DNA from: Leucoraja ocellata
Lineage: Eukaryota
Length of the DNA: 64,000 nucleotides
Reading direction: 5' to 3'
NCBI GenBank assembly: GCA_036785375.1
Contig: JAWMAR010000081.1
Span: forward strand, 3,658,001 to 3,722,000
Both the position numbers and the translations under genes were made by a program. Shown piece after piece: positions 49,396 through 62,364 of this stretch. Position 1 is the first letter of the stretch; each line of letters opens with the position of its first letter. A model generated the notes under the pieces. That model saw nothing but the letters and a program-made list of their open reading frames with translations, was not told the DNA's origin and made no database searches.

Positions 49396-50398
49396 TAGCA
49401 TGGCAAACAGTTCAAAGTCCCTCACCCTGAGCACAGGATCGCCCCAGGGTTGCGTCCTCAGCCCCCTATTGTACTCCCTGTACACACATGACTGTGTGGC
49501 TAGGTTCAGCTCCAATTCAATAATTAAGTTTGCTGATGACACTGTGGTGGTAGGCCTGATCTCAGACAATGATGAGAGGGCTTACCGGGCGGAGGTGGCT
49601 GATCTAGCACTCTGGTGCCAGGAGAACAGCCTCCTCTTGAACATCAAAAAAACAAAGGAGCTGATCATGGACTTTAGGAGGGCACATCATCCGAGGACGT
49701 ACACTCCATTGAGTATAAATGGGGATCCTGTGGATAGGGTGAACTGTTTTAAATATCTGGGAGTCCACATCTCTAAGGATATGACATGGTCATCACACGC
49801 CTCAGCACTGGTGAGTAAGGCAAGGCAGCGCCTTTACCACCTCAGGCAATTGAGGAAATTCAGAGTGTCTCCGAGGATCCTCCAGTGCATCTACGCAGCG
49901 GCGGTGGAAAGCATCTTGTCCGGGAACATTACCATCTGGTTCGGGAATTGCTCTGCCAAGGACAAGAAGGCTCTGCAGAGAGTAGTGCGTTCAGCCGAAC
50001 GCACTATGGGAACTTCACTCACCCCCCTGCAGGAACTATACAACAGGAGGTGCAACTCCAGAGCAAACAAAATCATGAGAGACCTCTTCCACCCCTGCAA
50101 CGGACTGTTCCAGCCGCTACGGTCAGGCAAACGCCTCCGTTGCCATGCAGTGAGAACGGAGAGGTTGAGAAGGAGTTTCTTCCCAGAGGCAATTCGGACT
50201 GTAAACGCCTTTCTCACCAGGGACTAACTGTACAGAACGTTTTTCCTTCTATTATTTATTATGTAAAATAATATGTGTGTTATGATTGTGTTTATAATTT
50301 GTTTGGTTGTTTTGTTGTTCCGCGAGCATTGCCACTTTCATTTCACTGCACATCTCGTATGTGTATGTGACAAATAAACTTGACTTGACTTGACTTGA
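49396..50398 (+). mobile_element. 5'-truncated young Rex/Babar LINE with an open RT C-terminal frame
   Basis: LSTGSPQGCVLSPLLY...IIKFADDT...FKYLG..., 275 aa uninterrupted. aataa(acttg)n tail. Confidence 0.9.
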
Positions 50399-51139
50399 AA
50401 ATAATAGGTAGAACTTCTATTCCCCAAAAGAAAATATAAATGTATATATGTTTACACTAGAGGGCGCCATAGTTTCAAGAAACATTCAGCACCAAAAGCT
50501 GCAATGGGATGTACTCCAGAAGAGAGAAGGTATGGATATCAAAATTCATAGAGTCTAATGTAATCAAACTCCGGCATCAAGCCAATTTGTAAAATAAGAT
50601 TTGCGATAATTTTAATGAAGGAGGTTAAATCGATGAGATTTCTTCATCAATTTATATGTTAGAAACTAATAAGTTGACTGTCCACTGATTTGATTTAAAC
50701 TTTCATTATAACCCTTTCTGGTATGACAAAGACTGTTGAATTTCCACATATTAATTTATTTTTGTTAGTTTTTCTTCTGCGCAAAACATTTTAGATTGGT
50801 ACCAGTTCAACACTGCAGTGTCTAAAAATTTTGTCCTAAACTATTTTGGTTAAAATTTGAAGTATAGATGAAGTACGGTATGTACTGCTATAAATACTGC
50901 AAACAATTTTTATATACATCAATCTGTGGGAGCAATTCTCGAATACATGGATCTTTGCAAGCCTTTGTAATACATGGAAGCCTTGCATTTGGGATCCTAG
51001 GTTTTGTAAACAGAGTTAGAGCACAAGAACAAAGTTAAAATTAACTTTCATAACAGACTTGTTAAACTGCAGTGGGGTCTTCTGCCCAATAATAGGTGCC
51101 ACACTTTAAATGTGAAGATTTAAAGAAAGTGCAGAAGGA

Positions 51140-51450
51140 GTTTAGTTTAGTTTAGTTTAGAGATACTGTGCGGAAACAGGCCTTCCGGCCCACCGAGTCA
51201 GTGTCGACCAGCGATCGCCTGTACACTAACACTATCCTGTACATCAGGGACAACTTGCAATTTTTACCGAAGCCAATTAACCTACAAACCTGTATGTCCT
51301 TGGGATGTGGGAGGAAACCGGAGCACCCGAGGAAAACTCACGCGGTCACAGGGAGAACGTAAATACCGTACAGACAGCGCCAGCAGTCAAAATCAAACTT
51401 GCGTCTCTAGTGCTGTAAGACAACTCTGCCGCTGCACCACCATGCCGCCC
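51140..51450 (-). mobile_element. Full-length HE1/V-SINE inserted in an old CR1
   Basis: (tttag)n tail, V-domain and head gggcggcatggtggtgcagcgg. Confidence 0.85.
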
Positions 51451-52040
51451 CATTTACTAAAATGATTTCAAGGATGAGGGACTTTAGTTATGTGGATAGA
51501 TTGGAGAAGATGGGGATATTCTCCTTGGGGCAGAGGAGGTTGCAAGAGGATTTGACTATTGAGAATCATAAAAGGTAAAGACTGACAAGACAAAGAGCAA
51601 CATTTCCTACTAGCAGGTTCAAGAGATGGTGCACTTGGGAAAGAGTGTGCTGAATATGAAGAAACATTTTTTGTGCAGTCAGGAGCTAGGTTTGAACTGC
51701 ACTGCCAGAGAGAGCAGTAGAGGCAGATTCAAATATACCATTCGTAATAGAGCTGGCTATATATATGAAAACTATTCATTTGCAGAACTATTGAGGGATC
51801 AGGGAGTGGGCCTAATTGATCTGCTCTTGTACAGAGCCAGTGGATCAAATAACCTGCTTCTCTGTTGTAACAATTCGGTGATTCATTTGTCTTTCCAGTT
51901 ATACATGCATGCATAAAAATCAACTGTGATTTACGGTATAAAACATTAAGAATCAGCTAAAAAAATTCACCAGCTGTCATGTTAAATAATATTATTCTCC
52001 TAAAAGTAACACCTTCAAGAATCAGTGCAATCATCATTAC

Positions 52041-52330
52041 CTTAACGCACGAAAGTACATCCAGAATAAATATTTCCAGCATAAATTCCATACTAAAGAG
52101 GCAAGCCAGCACCGTCTGCTTCTGAACAAGCATAATATGCAGCTTCCTCTGTGGACAGATCGGTATGTAAGATCTGTTGAGTTTTATACCTTTTTGCAGT
52201 GGTTTTAGTCCTTGTATTTTAAAACTCTTTTTTTGATCCAAGGTATTTAAAGGCCAAACTAAACAAACAGCCATGTGGTAACAGGGAGACACGGATGGCA
52301 GCTTTGTTTTTATAGGCCCGTCCCCTGCAT
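52041..52330 (-). promoter_or_regulatory. Candidate COL8A1 promoter and first exon
   Basis: On -: GGGGACGGGCC then TATAAAAA (52314-52307), a second TATAAAA (about 52188-52182), and donor AAG|gtaatg at 52040, all in non-repeat sequence. Confidence 0.35.
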
Positions 52331-52437
52331 GGTTTATGTGTGTTTGTTCGAGTACAGAGGCTGAGATTTTGAACTCAAAATAAGCTCAGTGGAAGGAATC
52401 CAGACCACCTACCCAACCACAACTCTTGTCTAATGCT

Positions 52438-52648
52438 GTAGGAAGGAACAGCAGATGCTGGTTTAAACCGAAGAGAGACACAAAAAAGCTGGAGTAACTC
52501 AGCGGGTCAGGCAGCATCTCTGGAGAGAAGGAATGGGTGACGTTCAATGGGTTGAGATCCTTCTTCAGATTGAAGAAAGGTCTCGACCCATTCCTTCTCT
52601 CCAGAGATGCTGCCTGACCTGCTGAGTTACTCCAGCTTTTTGTGTCTA
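52438..52648. mobile_element. Fold-back pLTR insertion with 14-bp TSD
   Basis: tcttgtctaatgct at 52424-52437 and 52649-52662. Inverted arms of about 60 bp around two damaged ribozyme cores. Confidence 0.8.
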
Positions 52649-52999
52649 TCTTGTCTAATGCTACTTTACTAGGACTAAGCATTGCCAAACTTTCAAAATT
52701 AACCAGCTGAATGTCTTAAGATTGTGATGTTGTTTTATTTAAGTTGATCACTATCAGAAATGAATTACTAAACAAGTATTTGTGATGGGTGTCAGTTTAG
52801 GTTAGAAGACAGGCTACTGGTCATGAAAATCAATGTTTGGGGAAGATTACAAATGAGAATTGTTACAAGAAACTGAGCTTCCCATGCACAAATGTTTTTT
52901 TACACTTCGACATTGTCCTACAAGTCTGTGGACTGTTTGGAAGCATCTTTACTTTTTTCTTTGCCTTTATGGATATATCAAATCCATAGGGTCTAAAGG

Positions 53000-53285
53000 G
53001 TTTTAGATTTTTAGATTTTAGATTTTTAGTTTAGAGGTACAACGCGGAAACAGGCCTTTCGACCCACTTCACCGACCAGCGATCCCCGCACATTAACACT
53101 ATCCTACACGCACTGGGGACAATTTACACCTCCATCAAGCCAATTAACCTACAAACCTGTACGCCTTTGGAGTGTGAAAGAACTGAAGATCTCAGAGAAA
53201 ACCCACGCTGTCACGGGGAGAACGTACAAATTCCGTACAGACAGCACCCGTAGTCGGGATCGAACCCGGGTCTCCAGCGCTGCCT
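53000..53285 (-). mobile_element. HE1/V-SINE
   Basis: (ttttaga)n tail, V-domain and gggttcgatccc B box. Confidence 0.85.
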
Positions 53286-54324
53286 ATCCTGCCTATAAGA
53301 TCCAGTGTTGAAGAGTCCATTGGAAGCCCATAGAGTCTACAGAAGATACCAACCTCCACTTCTCAAGATGCCACGAAATTGCTTTGAATTACATTATTCT
53401 TGTTCATAGAGTGCGTAAACTGCATAGTATATTGAAGAAGCTCATCAGCCTAGGCTGATTTAAAGAGCGATTACCCTCTTCATAATGTCGATAAGACACA
53501 TTAGCCTGCCCATCGATGTCTGGAAGATTCATTCTTTATTCTGTCCACTGCGTTTCTGGTCCCCCCCAGACGTTACCTTGATCTACTGACCTCATGACAT
53601 GTTACCAGTTAATCAAGATGGTGAGTCATATATGTAATACTGCAGAGAGACTTTTTCTATTCATTCGCTTCTTAGGATCTGGAATCAGTGGCTCAGCCTG
53701 AACCAGAAAGACACAAAAATGGAGGTATGTTAAGCCAGAACTAATTGCCCAACCCTAAATTGTCTTTGAACCGAGTAGCCTGTTAGACTAGTGAAGAGTT
53801 AAACTCATTGTTGGAGGTAGACTTGCGTCACAGAGCTGACTGGTTGGCAAAGGATGGCAAATTTCCAGCGGGGATCAGTAAAACATGAGGTTTTCTGGGA
53901 AATCCAGAGGTTTTATAGTCATCGTTACCAATGACTAGTTTTTTTTAAATTTGAATGTAAATTCCACAACCGCGAGGTATAATTTGAACTCGGTGCTACT
54001 CTCCAGTTACTTAACCACTGTACCACCAGCAACCACAGACCAGTGCATATCGTCTTACAGCAGGAATCACAACCCATTCTGCCTGCTAACCAACCAGTCT
54101 CTCTGCCAATGAAAGGAACAGCAGCCCTCAGTATTTTCAGACTGGGCTCCTTCCAGGCTGCATCAAGTGACTCCTGTTTAGTCAACCTACAATCCAGACC
54201 CGCATCAAACAAGTCACTGATACTCTCCTTGATTATCAGAAGGAATAGGAACTGTACGCATGATGTACCAAAAACATGTGTGTTAGCTGAACCTGAAGCC
54301 TAAAACCATCACATGACATACAGT

Positions 54325-54610
54325 GTAAGAAAGAACTGCAGATGCCAGTTTAAATCAAAGGTAGACACAACATGCTGGAGTAACTCAGCGGGTGAGGCAG
54401 CACCTCTGGAAAGACGGAATGGCCAACGTTTCGGGTTGAGACCTTCTTCAGACTGATCCTTCAAAGATGTACAGATTTGTAGTTTAATCGGCTTTATTTA
54501 AATTGTCCTTGGTGTAGGATAATGTTAGTATACGGGGTGATCACTGATCGGCACGGACTCAATGGCCGAAGGGCCTGTTTCGGCGCTATATCTCTAAAGT
54601 CTAAAGTAAA
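54325..54610. mobile_element. pLTR fragment (-) with hammerhead-like core, fused to a SINE 3' end (+)
   Basis: Core on - at 54451-54425: CTGAAGA-AGGTCTCAACCC-GAAA-CGTT. SINE tail ctctaaagtctaaag. Confidence 0.7.
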
Positions 54611-56874
54611 GTGCAAACTTTTAAATGCGACGTGGCATATACGTAAAGTAGCAAGCGGAGGAATAGGTTAGCTGCAATTGCTACATTGGAGCCATTCAAA
54701 ATCAATAATTCATGTCAATATTCAATGTAATCAAACAGACTAAATAGTCACAAATAACACTGCAAAAGAATGCAACAAATATTCCAAGTGCAGCCTCACC
54801 AACGTCTTGTACAGCTGTACCATAATGTCCCAATTTCTGTACTTTATTTTCTGACTGATGAAGGCCAACATACCAAAGCCATTTAATGATCTGCCATTTA
54901 TTGAGATTATGACGGTTCTATGAACCAACTAAATATTTTGGTCTATTCTCCACAATTCTTTTGTAACTTATGTAAGGAAAAATCTATCAATCACCACTTT
55001 AAGATTAACAATAGACTAAGCATCAGTAGCTGTTTGCAAAGGAGTGTTCCCAACTTAAATAGCTTGTCACGTGTAAAAGTTATTCATAACTACCTTTGCA
55101 AAAGGACTGGTTCTGATTTTTTGACACTCCTTCTGATCCTACATTGCCCCAATCAGCAAACAAGTTTATATGTGTGTACACTACGGGTTGCTCCCGACAT
55201 CTAGTAAACTTTGACCAAATCACTTTGAAATTCCATGAATCGAAACCTTAGATTATGTAATATTTTCTCGTAATATTAAACTTTGACTTCACTGATGAGA
55301 AATTGAACCCATGTGAAGCAGTTTTACTTTAAACATGATGATGTGGAGTGTATAAATCATGTTTTGAAATCTTGCACACATTTCCTGTTGAAGTCATACC
55401 CATCAGGAAATTGGACCAGGCACGTCATTTTGCAATTTACCCCAGTGCAAGTTTATTTTCCCTGTTACATTTTATGAATATGATTACATCATCAATGTGC
55501 ATGGGTCATTTTAATCAATTATGACAGAAACTGGATCTACAATGTCATGTGTTATGACTAAGGTTCGAGGGATCTATAAATTAGTCAGTTGAACTCAAAG
55601 TTTTAGATTACGAGAAATTGATCTGTGGACCCAGTGACCACCATCTACTCCAGCCGTTTCTGCCTGACCCGCTGAGTTACTCCAGCATTCATTGTCTATC
55701 TTCATGAGTTATGACTGTTGGAAATAACTCATCAATGGATGCATCATGCAAAACTACACACAAATTAAAATGTGCACCCTCAAGGATAGCATTTTAAATA
55801 TATATATGTATGCACTGTCATTTTCATTAAGCAATTAAAAAAAATCATTGCCTGTAGCCATTTGTAAGGATAGAGGGATCCGTGAATTAGTGAGTTTATT
55901 CAATTGATCTCTTGATCTGTGGACCCAGCGACCACAATAATTGCTAAATCCTTGATGCTTTCCTTAACCACAGGGGACCATTGCACCCGATCTATATTGT
56001 TGGAAAAGCACTCTGCTGGAAGATGCGCATTTTTATCCCTTCTCCCTCCCACCTGGTCTCTCCACAAAGTCTGCAATACACCCTTTAACATTCTCCATCA
56101 CATCCATGGATATCATGGAGACATCTCTTTAAAAGTGCTGACCACTTTCACCTGGTGAATGAGTGAATGATGCAACAGCTACATGTTTTGGAGCAGTTGC
56201 TGACTGAAATATACGTCAGCTGTTACTTCTCTTAAATACCTGGGAGGGGGGTGGGGGGTGGGGGGTGCGAATCATGGTAAATTCTTAAAATCTCCAAATG
56301 GTGCTGGGTTTTTTTAAATTGTGCCATCAGTGTTATTTGCAAACCATGTAGTAAACCAACAATATTAAAGTCCAATTTCTAGATACAGACATCATCTTAG
56401 TACGTCCACACTACACCTCCGCTAAAGGCCAATAAAACCAATCAAATGTATGTGGTGTCCTGATACCTCTCAGTACTTCAGGTGTAGTTGAGCCAAGGGT
56501 TTGCATACCTGGTGTAGGCAAAGTCATTCTCCTTTGTACTCTGGTAAAGGAGCCTTTCTTAGTTATTTTCGATACCCGTCAGTGGTATTAAGTAATGAAC
56601 ACTATTGACTCTTTAACTGACATGTTCATGATCACAACCGTTGCTGGACCCTGCATTAATGAAGTACACCTCGCTTTGGATGCAAATACATTTCTGAGTC
56701 AAGTGTTTCAAAGAACTAAAACTAAAAAGAATTTGGTCTGATCTTCACAAAAGTGAAAACCTTTTCTGTGCCATTCAAAGGATAACCTCAAATTTACTTT
56801 TAGTTTATAGTTTGGTGCAGATTTCACATTTGAGTGCTTGCATTTGTGGAATGTTGTTTGGCTTTTGACTGAAC

Positions 56875-57575
56875 CATAGAAACATAGAAAAATAGGTGCA
56901 GGAGTAGGTGATTCGGCCCTTCGAGCCAGCTGATCATCCAAAATTAGTACCCCGTTCCAGCTTTTCCCCCATATCCCTTGATTCCCTTAGCCCCAAGAGC
57001 TAAATCTAACTCTCTCTTGACTAATCGCACCTACCAGCGCCCACATCCCTCTAAGCCATTCATATCCAGGAAAGGAGGTGTTACAAGCCGAACTCAACAA
57101 TGAATCACGGAAAAACATAGCAGAGTCATATAGTGATACTGTGTGGAAACAGGCCCTTCGGCCAACTTGTTCACACCGGCCAACAGTGTCCCAGCTGCAC
57201 TAGTCCCACTTGTCTGCGCTTGGTCCATACCCCTCCAACCCTGTCCTATCCATGTACCTGTCTGTTTCTTAAACGATAGGATAGTCCCAGCCTCAACTAC
57301 GTCCTCTGGCAGCTTGTTCCATGCACCCACCACCCTTTGTGTGAAAAAGTTACCCCTCGGATTCCTATTAAATCTTTTCCCCTTCACCTTGAATCTATGT
57401 CCTCTGGTTCTTGATTCCCCTACTCTGGGAAAGAGACTCTGTGCATCAACCCGATCTATTCCTCTCATGATTTTGTACACTTCTATACGATCACCCCTCA
57501 CCCTCCTGCGCTCTATGGAATAGAAACCCACCCTACTCAACCTCTTCCTATAGCTCCCTATAGCTCACACCCTCT
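56875..57575 (-). mobile_element. Two CR1 3' fragments
   Basis: ERRRVRGDRIEVYKIMRG...FFTQRVVGAWNKLP, catagaaa tail. Confidence 0.88.
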
Positions 57576-57793
57576 TGAGATGGAGTTCAGTTGGGCATTC
57601 ATATCTGTGCCAGCACTTTGAAAGCGTAAATCAATTTGTCCCACATTTTACACCCAGCCTGGTAAGTTTTTCCTTATATTAATGAATTTCCTTTTGAAGT
57701 TATTATTTTGTCCAAATCACTGTGAGAAAAGAAATGGAGGCAAGAATATCTTGTCCAATCTCCTGTGCAAGCAGACACTCTTAATATCGTCTT

Positions 57794-57978
57794 TTAAGAA
57801 GGAACTGCAGATGCTGGAAAATCAAAGGTACACAAAAATGCTGGAGAAACTCAGCGGGTGCAGCAGCATCTATGGAGCGAAGGAAATAGGCAACGTTTCG
57901 GCACCCGAAACATTGCTTATTTACTTCGCTCCATAGATGCTGCTGCACCCGCTAAGTTTCTCCAGCATTTTTGTGTAC
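57794..57978. mobile_element. Fold-back pLTR insertion with 14-bp TSD
   Basis: cttaatatcgtctt at 57780-57793 and 57979-57992. Near-perfect inverted arms of about 75 bp with a tiny loop. Confidence 0.82.
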
Positions 57979-58490
57979 CTTAATATCGTCTTCTTTGACT
58001 GATCTTATGGTCACTCCACCTAACTATAACTTTGCTTTAATACCATTTAATCCCCGTGATTCAACTTGGAATTAGAATAAACAGCTCATGAAAGAGTACC
58101 ATAATTACGGTGTTTGCTTTTTGCAACTGAGGCTTGGCTTTAAATCTGGTTAATTTTGCAGGTAATTAATGGTGTTTATTCCATTTTAGGAGGTCAGTTG
58201 CATATCATAAAAGGACATGATGGATAATTTGCAAAATCCTAGCTTGGCCAATTGCAAAATTCACATTGTTGGGTGTTCTTCCAAGGTATAATCCAATTCT
58301 AAATTGGATTTAGAATTTTCCTACCAGAAACTAATCTGTTCAGAATCTAAAATAATTAAAAAAGTGAAAGTACTTTTTGGAGACTTCAAAAAACACTAAA
58401 TCATTTGATAATGACAAGAATTAAGAAAGGAAAAAAAATGTATGCAAGAACATAACGGTAAAAAAATTGCACATCATTCTATTTTCATTG

Positions 58491-58583
58491 TCTGAAGAAG
58501 GGTCTAGACCTGTAACGTCACCCATTCCTTCTCTTCAGAGATGCTGCCTGTCCTGCTGAGTTACTCCAGCTTTTTGTGTCTAT
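58491..58583 (+). mobile_element. pLTR fragment with 15-bp TSD
   Basis: attctattttcattg at 58476-58490 and 58584-58598. Begins at tctgaagaagggtctagacc. Confidence 0.8.
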
Positions 58584-59194
58584 ATTCTATTTTCATTGAT
58601 GTAACAAGACAATGGTGACTGGTATGGTGATCAAGATGAAGATGGTTATGAAAACGAAGTGACCTACTTTGGATAAAATGCTATATAATGACAGAATTTG
58701 TACTACCTAATAACGTATCAGATTGCAGTGGAATACTAAGGATTGCTATTGAAGCATTTGAAGTGTAAGCCAATCTTTCCAGTTACTGAAGGATGAAGAA
58801 TAAAAACAGATCCAACTAGTACAAATCCAAAAGAGAAGTGGGAAAATTAGTGAAAGAAAACCCTACGGCAACAATCTTTATTGCAGAGGCAACTCAGAAT
58901 GGAGGTGGGGTTGGGTTAGTGGTAAATTCCGATACTGAACCCATTGTTGATAGAAAAGTTACCAATGATAACTGCAAGGCAAAGTAGCAAAACTAGACCT
59001 TGATGATGATGGGGTGAAATGTACCAAGTTTATTAGGAAGAATAACAATAATAATAAGCAGTTACAAAAGGTGAAACCAAAGGAGCAATAACATGCTGGC
59101 ACCCTTAGATAGGTGGATGATGCAAGCTGAGAGGTAGGACTGAGGATCAGAAGGAAACTCACAGAAAATATTTGAAAACATATGGTTTTAAAAT

Positions 59195-59370
59195 GCTTAG
59201 AGTCATAAAGTCATACAGTGTGGAAACAGGCCCTTCAGCCCAACTTGCCCACAACGGCCAACATGTCCCAACTACACTAGTTCCACCTGCTGGTATTTGG
59301 TCCATATCCTCCCAAACCTGTCCTATCCATGTACCCGTCTAATTGTTTCTTAAACATTGCGATAGTCAAC
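59195..59370 (-). mobile_element. CR1 3' UTR fragment
   Basis: Same sequence as 46625-46780. Confidence 0.75.
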
Positions 59371-60379
59371 AACTGCTTGTGTTGCAGAATGGTGAGTGGG
59401 CAGAAACCAGAGAGAATAGATTACATGAAGATAAACGCAGGTGAAATAATTTTTGGATGAGGTAGAGCTGAGACGTTCAGCAGATTTAGAGCATGTAATG
59501 ATTTCAGTGATGTCAGAATCAGTTATGAGCAGAGGTGGAGTTAAATAACATCTGGATGTGAATGTAATAATGATACGACACGATAAAACTTTATTCATCC
59601 TCGCTGCCCGGCTTCTCCGCAGTCCTCTGGGAGGCCTGTGGGGCGAGTCGGGCCTACCGGGGTGCATTCCGATCGGCGCCACGGTTATTCGATGGGTGGA
59701 TCGGGTCAGCACAGCTCCATGGGACATTCCTGCTGCGCGCACGGCTCCCCAGGACAATTGATCAGGATGCTGACGCTGTATGGTGAGGTTGTGTTCAGGG
59801 TTAACCAGCATGCTGATATTGCAGACTGTTATGTTTTACCTGAATAATCTGACGGCTGTAGTGAATTGCCATGTAGAGCAAACGGAGGAATTTCTGTTAT
59901 CTGAAAAGGAAAAATATATCACCATTGTTTCCCTGGAGGAAACACTGACTCTGTTATACCCCGACGTTATCCACTTGAGGTAATCCTGAGTAGTTGTTAG
60001 TTATAAGAGGTTACTGTACAACGGAACAAACTGTTGAAATCTTCATATAAAGATAAATTTGATCCAAGGATCCAGGTTCACTGTACTCAATCATTCACAA
60101 TCACTTGCCTTGTAAAACTTTCTTGTCCAAAAACAATACATAAAAAGGCATGCCGTGTTCTCAAATGGACTTGGACATTGAATAAAGCAACAATGCACTA
60201 ACAGATAGCTGTGCAAGTAAGAACACTCACTCTCATCAAAAGCACATATTTTATTGGTCTATTGCATTCATTTGCTGGAAGAGTACATTTGTTGAACTGG
60301 AGATTTTACTAAGTGGACATTTCACAAATTCTAATTCTGCAAAATCTTGATCCAGGCACACCATTTCTACCTAAATCAG

Positions 60380-60890
60380 CTTTCAGCATGCAAAAGGTAT
60401 ACTTTTAAGGTGAGGAGAAGGAGATTTAGAGGGGAGTTGTGGAAGACTTTTTTCCACCCAGAGGGTGGTTGAAATCTGGAATGTACCACCTGAGGTGGTG
60501 GATATAGATGCACTCACAACATTTGAGATGCATCTGTATGGGCACATGAATCATCAAGTATAGTAAGCTACTGACTGTGCTGGCAAATGGAATAAGTGTA
60601 GATAGGTACATGATGGCATAGACAATGGTGAGCTGAAGGGTGAATTATGTGCTTTACAGCTCTAATCTCAAGTTTTCTTGCACCACAGGGGGAGTCACGG
60701 TGCTGCTGATGTTAGATGGATATTTTTAAGGCAGAGATAGACAAATTCTTGATTAGAATGGGTGTCAAGGGTTTTTGGGGAGAAGGCAGGAAAATGGGAT
60801 TAGGATGCAGAGATCAGCCACGATTGAATGGCAGAGTAGGCTAGATGGGACAAATAGTCTAATTCTACTCCTATACCTTGTGAACTTGTA
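60380..60890 (+). mobile_element. Old CR1 3' fragments
   Basis: Degenerate FKVRG...FFxQRVV..WN pattern and CR1 3' UTRs. Confidence 0.65.
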
Positions 60891-62364
60891 TAAAGCCTTC
60901 CTATGAATGCAGCAGGGATAACACTAAAAAAGTGTAAAATAATGACATGGAGATGCATTTTAATGTTAAGAAATTCCCCTTTGTTATATAACAAATGAAC
61001 ATTTAAAAACAGGCAGAGGGAATTTGTTGCCACTACCTATGATTAATGTTCAAAGAAGGGCATGTATCTTAAATGAATTGGGTCACATTTATTACTCCTC
61101 TTTAGCTGTCTTGGAATAGCTCCGAGTATTTGTTTTACTTTTTGAAACACATAGTGAACTTCTTAGAATTTTGCTATAAATTAATATTTTATCATTGTTC
61201 CATCACAGCCCACAGACTACAAAAGTTTAAATGTTTATGGTACAATTCATGTAATGGTATTTGAACTCCTAAATCTGATTTGCTACTGTACCCAAACTGG
61301 GGCCACTATGATATTGATTTTCTTTGTCACAATCTTGTAGGATGCTCAATGAATGCATATTTTCAATCAATATTGGTGTTAAAGGGTTCATAATCCAACA
61401 AAACTGGATCTTGTTGAAATTAATTTCATTGAAAACAATGTATATCAATAAATTGGGTTTAAAAAGTGAAGGAATCACCCCTATAGTGAGATATAGGGAC
61501 TAATTTTGATCGACTCTACTGCAATCAAAGTGTGTTCGATATATCTCATTACGAGGTGGTGGTGTATAAAAAATCACATAGAATGTAAATACAAAATACA
61601 GCTTGACTGGACCGAACCGGTCTATACTTATCACTCTCTTCCATTTAATCATATCAGCACAAACGTCACGTGGTTAGCTATGATATCCTTAAATGCATTT
61701 GCACCTCAACTATTCCTTATGGCGGTGATTAATTCTAAAGAATTAACCTACGGTTAAAAAAACATGTTAGTTTGCAACATTAAATATTTTCAAACAGTTA
61801 GGACAGTGCAGCCTTCCAATTATAACAAACTGTACCTTTGCAGAATCCTGCTATACTGATGTATTGTTCCAACTAAATCAACAATTGCAGTCTCACCCTC
61901 CAATAAGCAATGATACCAAAGTGAAGCTCCAGTCCAGTCCAAATAAAACAGAAACACAAAAGGCATCATTTACGACTTCAGTTGTGTAAATACTGAATTC
62001 TGTTGTTACATCCCAAAAGGCAAAGACACAAAGACTGCAGATGCTAGAATGTTGAGCAAGAAAACTGCTGGAGGGACACAGCAGGTCAGGCAGCATATGT
62101 GGAGGGAAATGGACTGGACCCTTCTTCAATCAGACTTCTGAAACTTGACTGTTAAGATCCATTGATCGTACATCATCTTTATAATAAATAATAATAAATC
62201 CGCATTACTGAAAGAGTGTGCATAAATAATTTTTGACTAGTGTACAATTTGTCTGAAGATAACATCACTTTGGACTAAGCCCCAAAGTTAAGTTGAGCAA
62301 ATTTTACAAAGATGTTTAATGTCTTCGGACACAACTCATGAAATATTTGCATGCTGTCATTTAC

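Noticed and set aside
49400-50227. 275-aa ORF as a cellular gene
   Set aside because: It is a 5'-truncated Rex/Babar reverse transcriptase with a retroposon tail.
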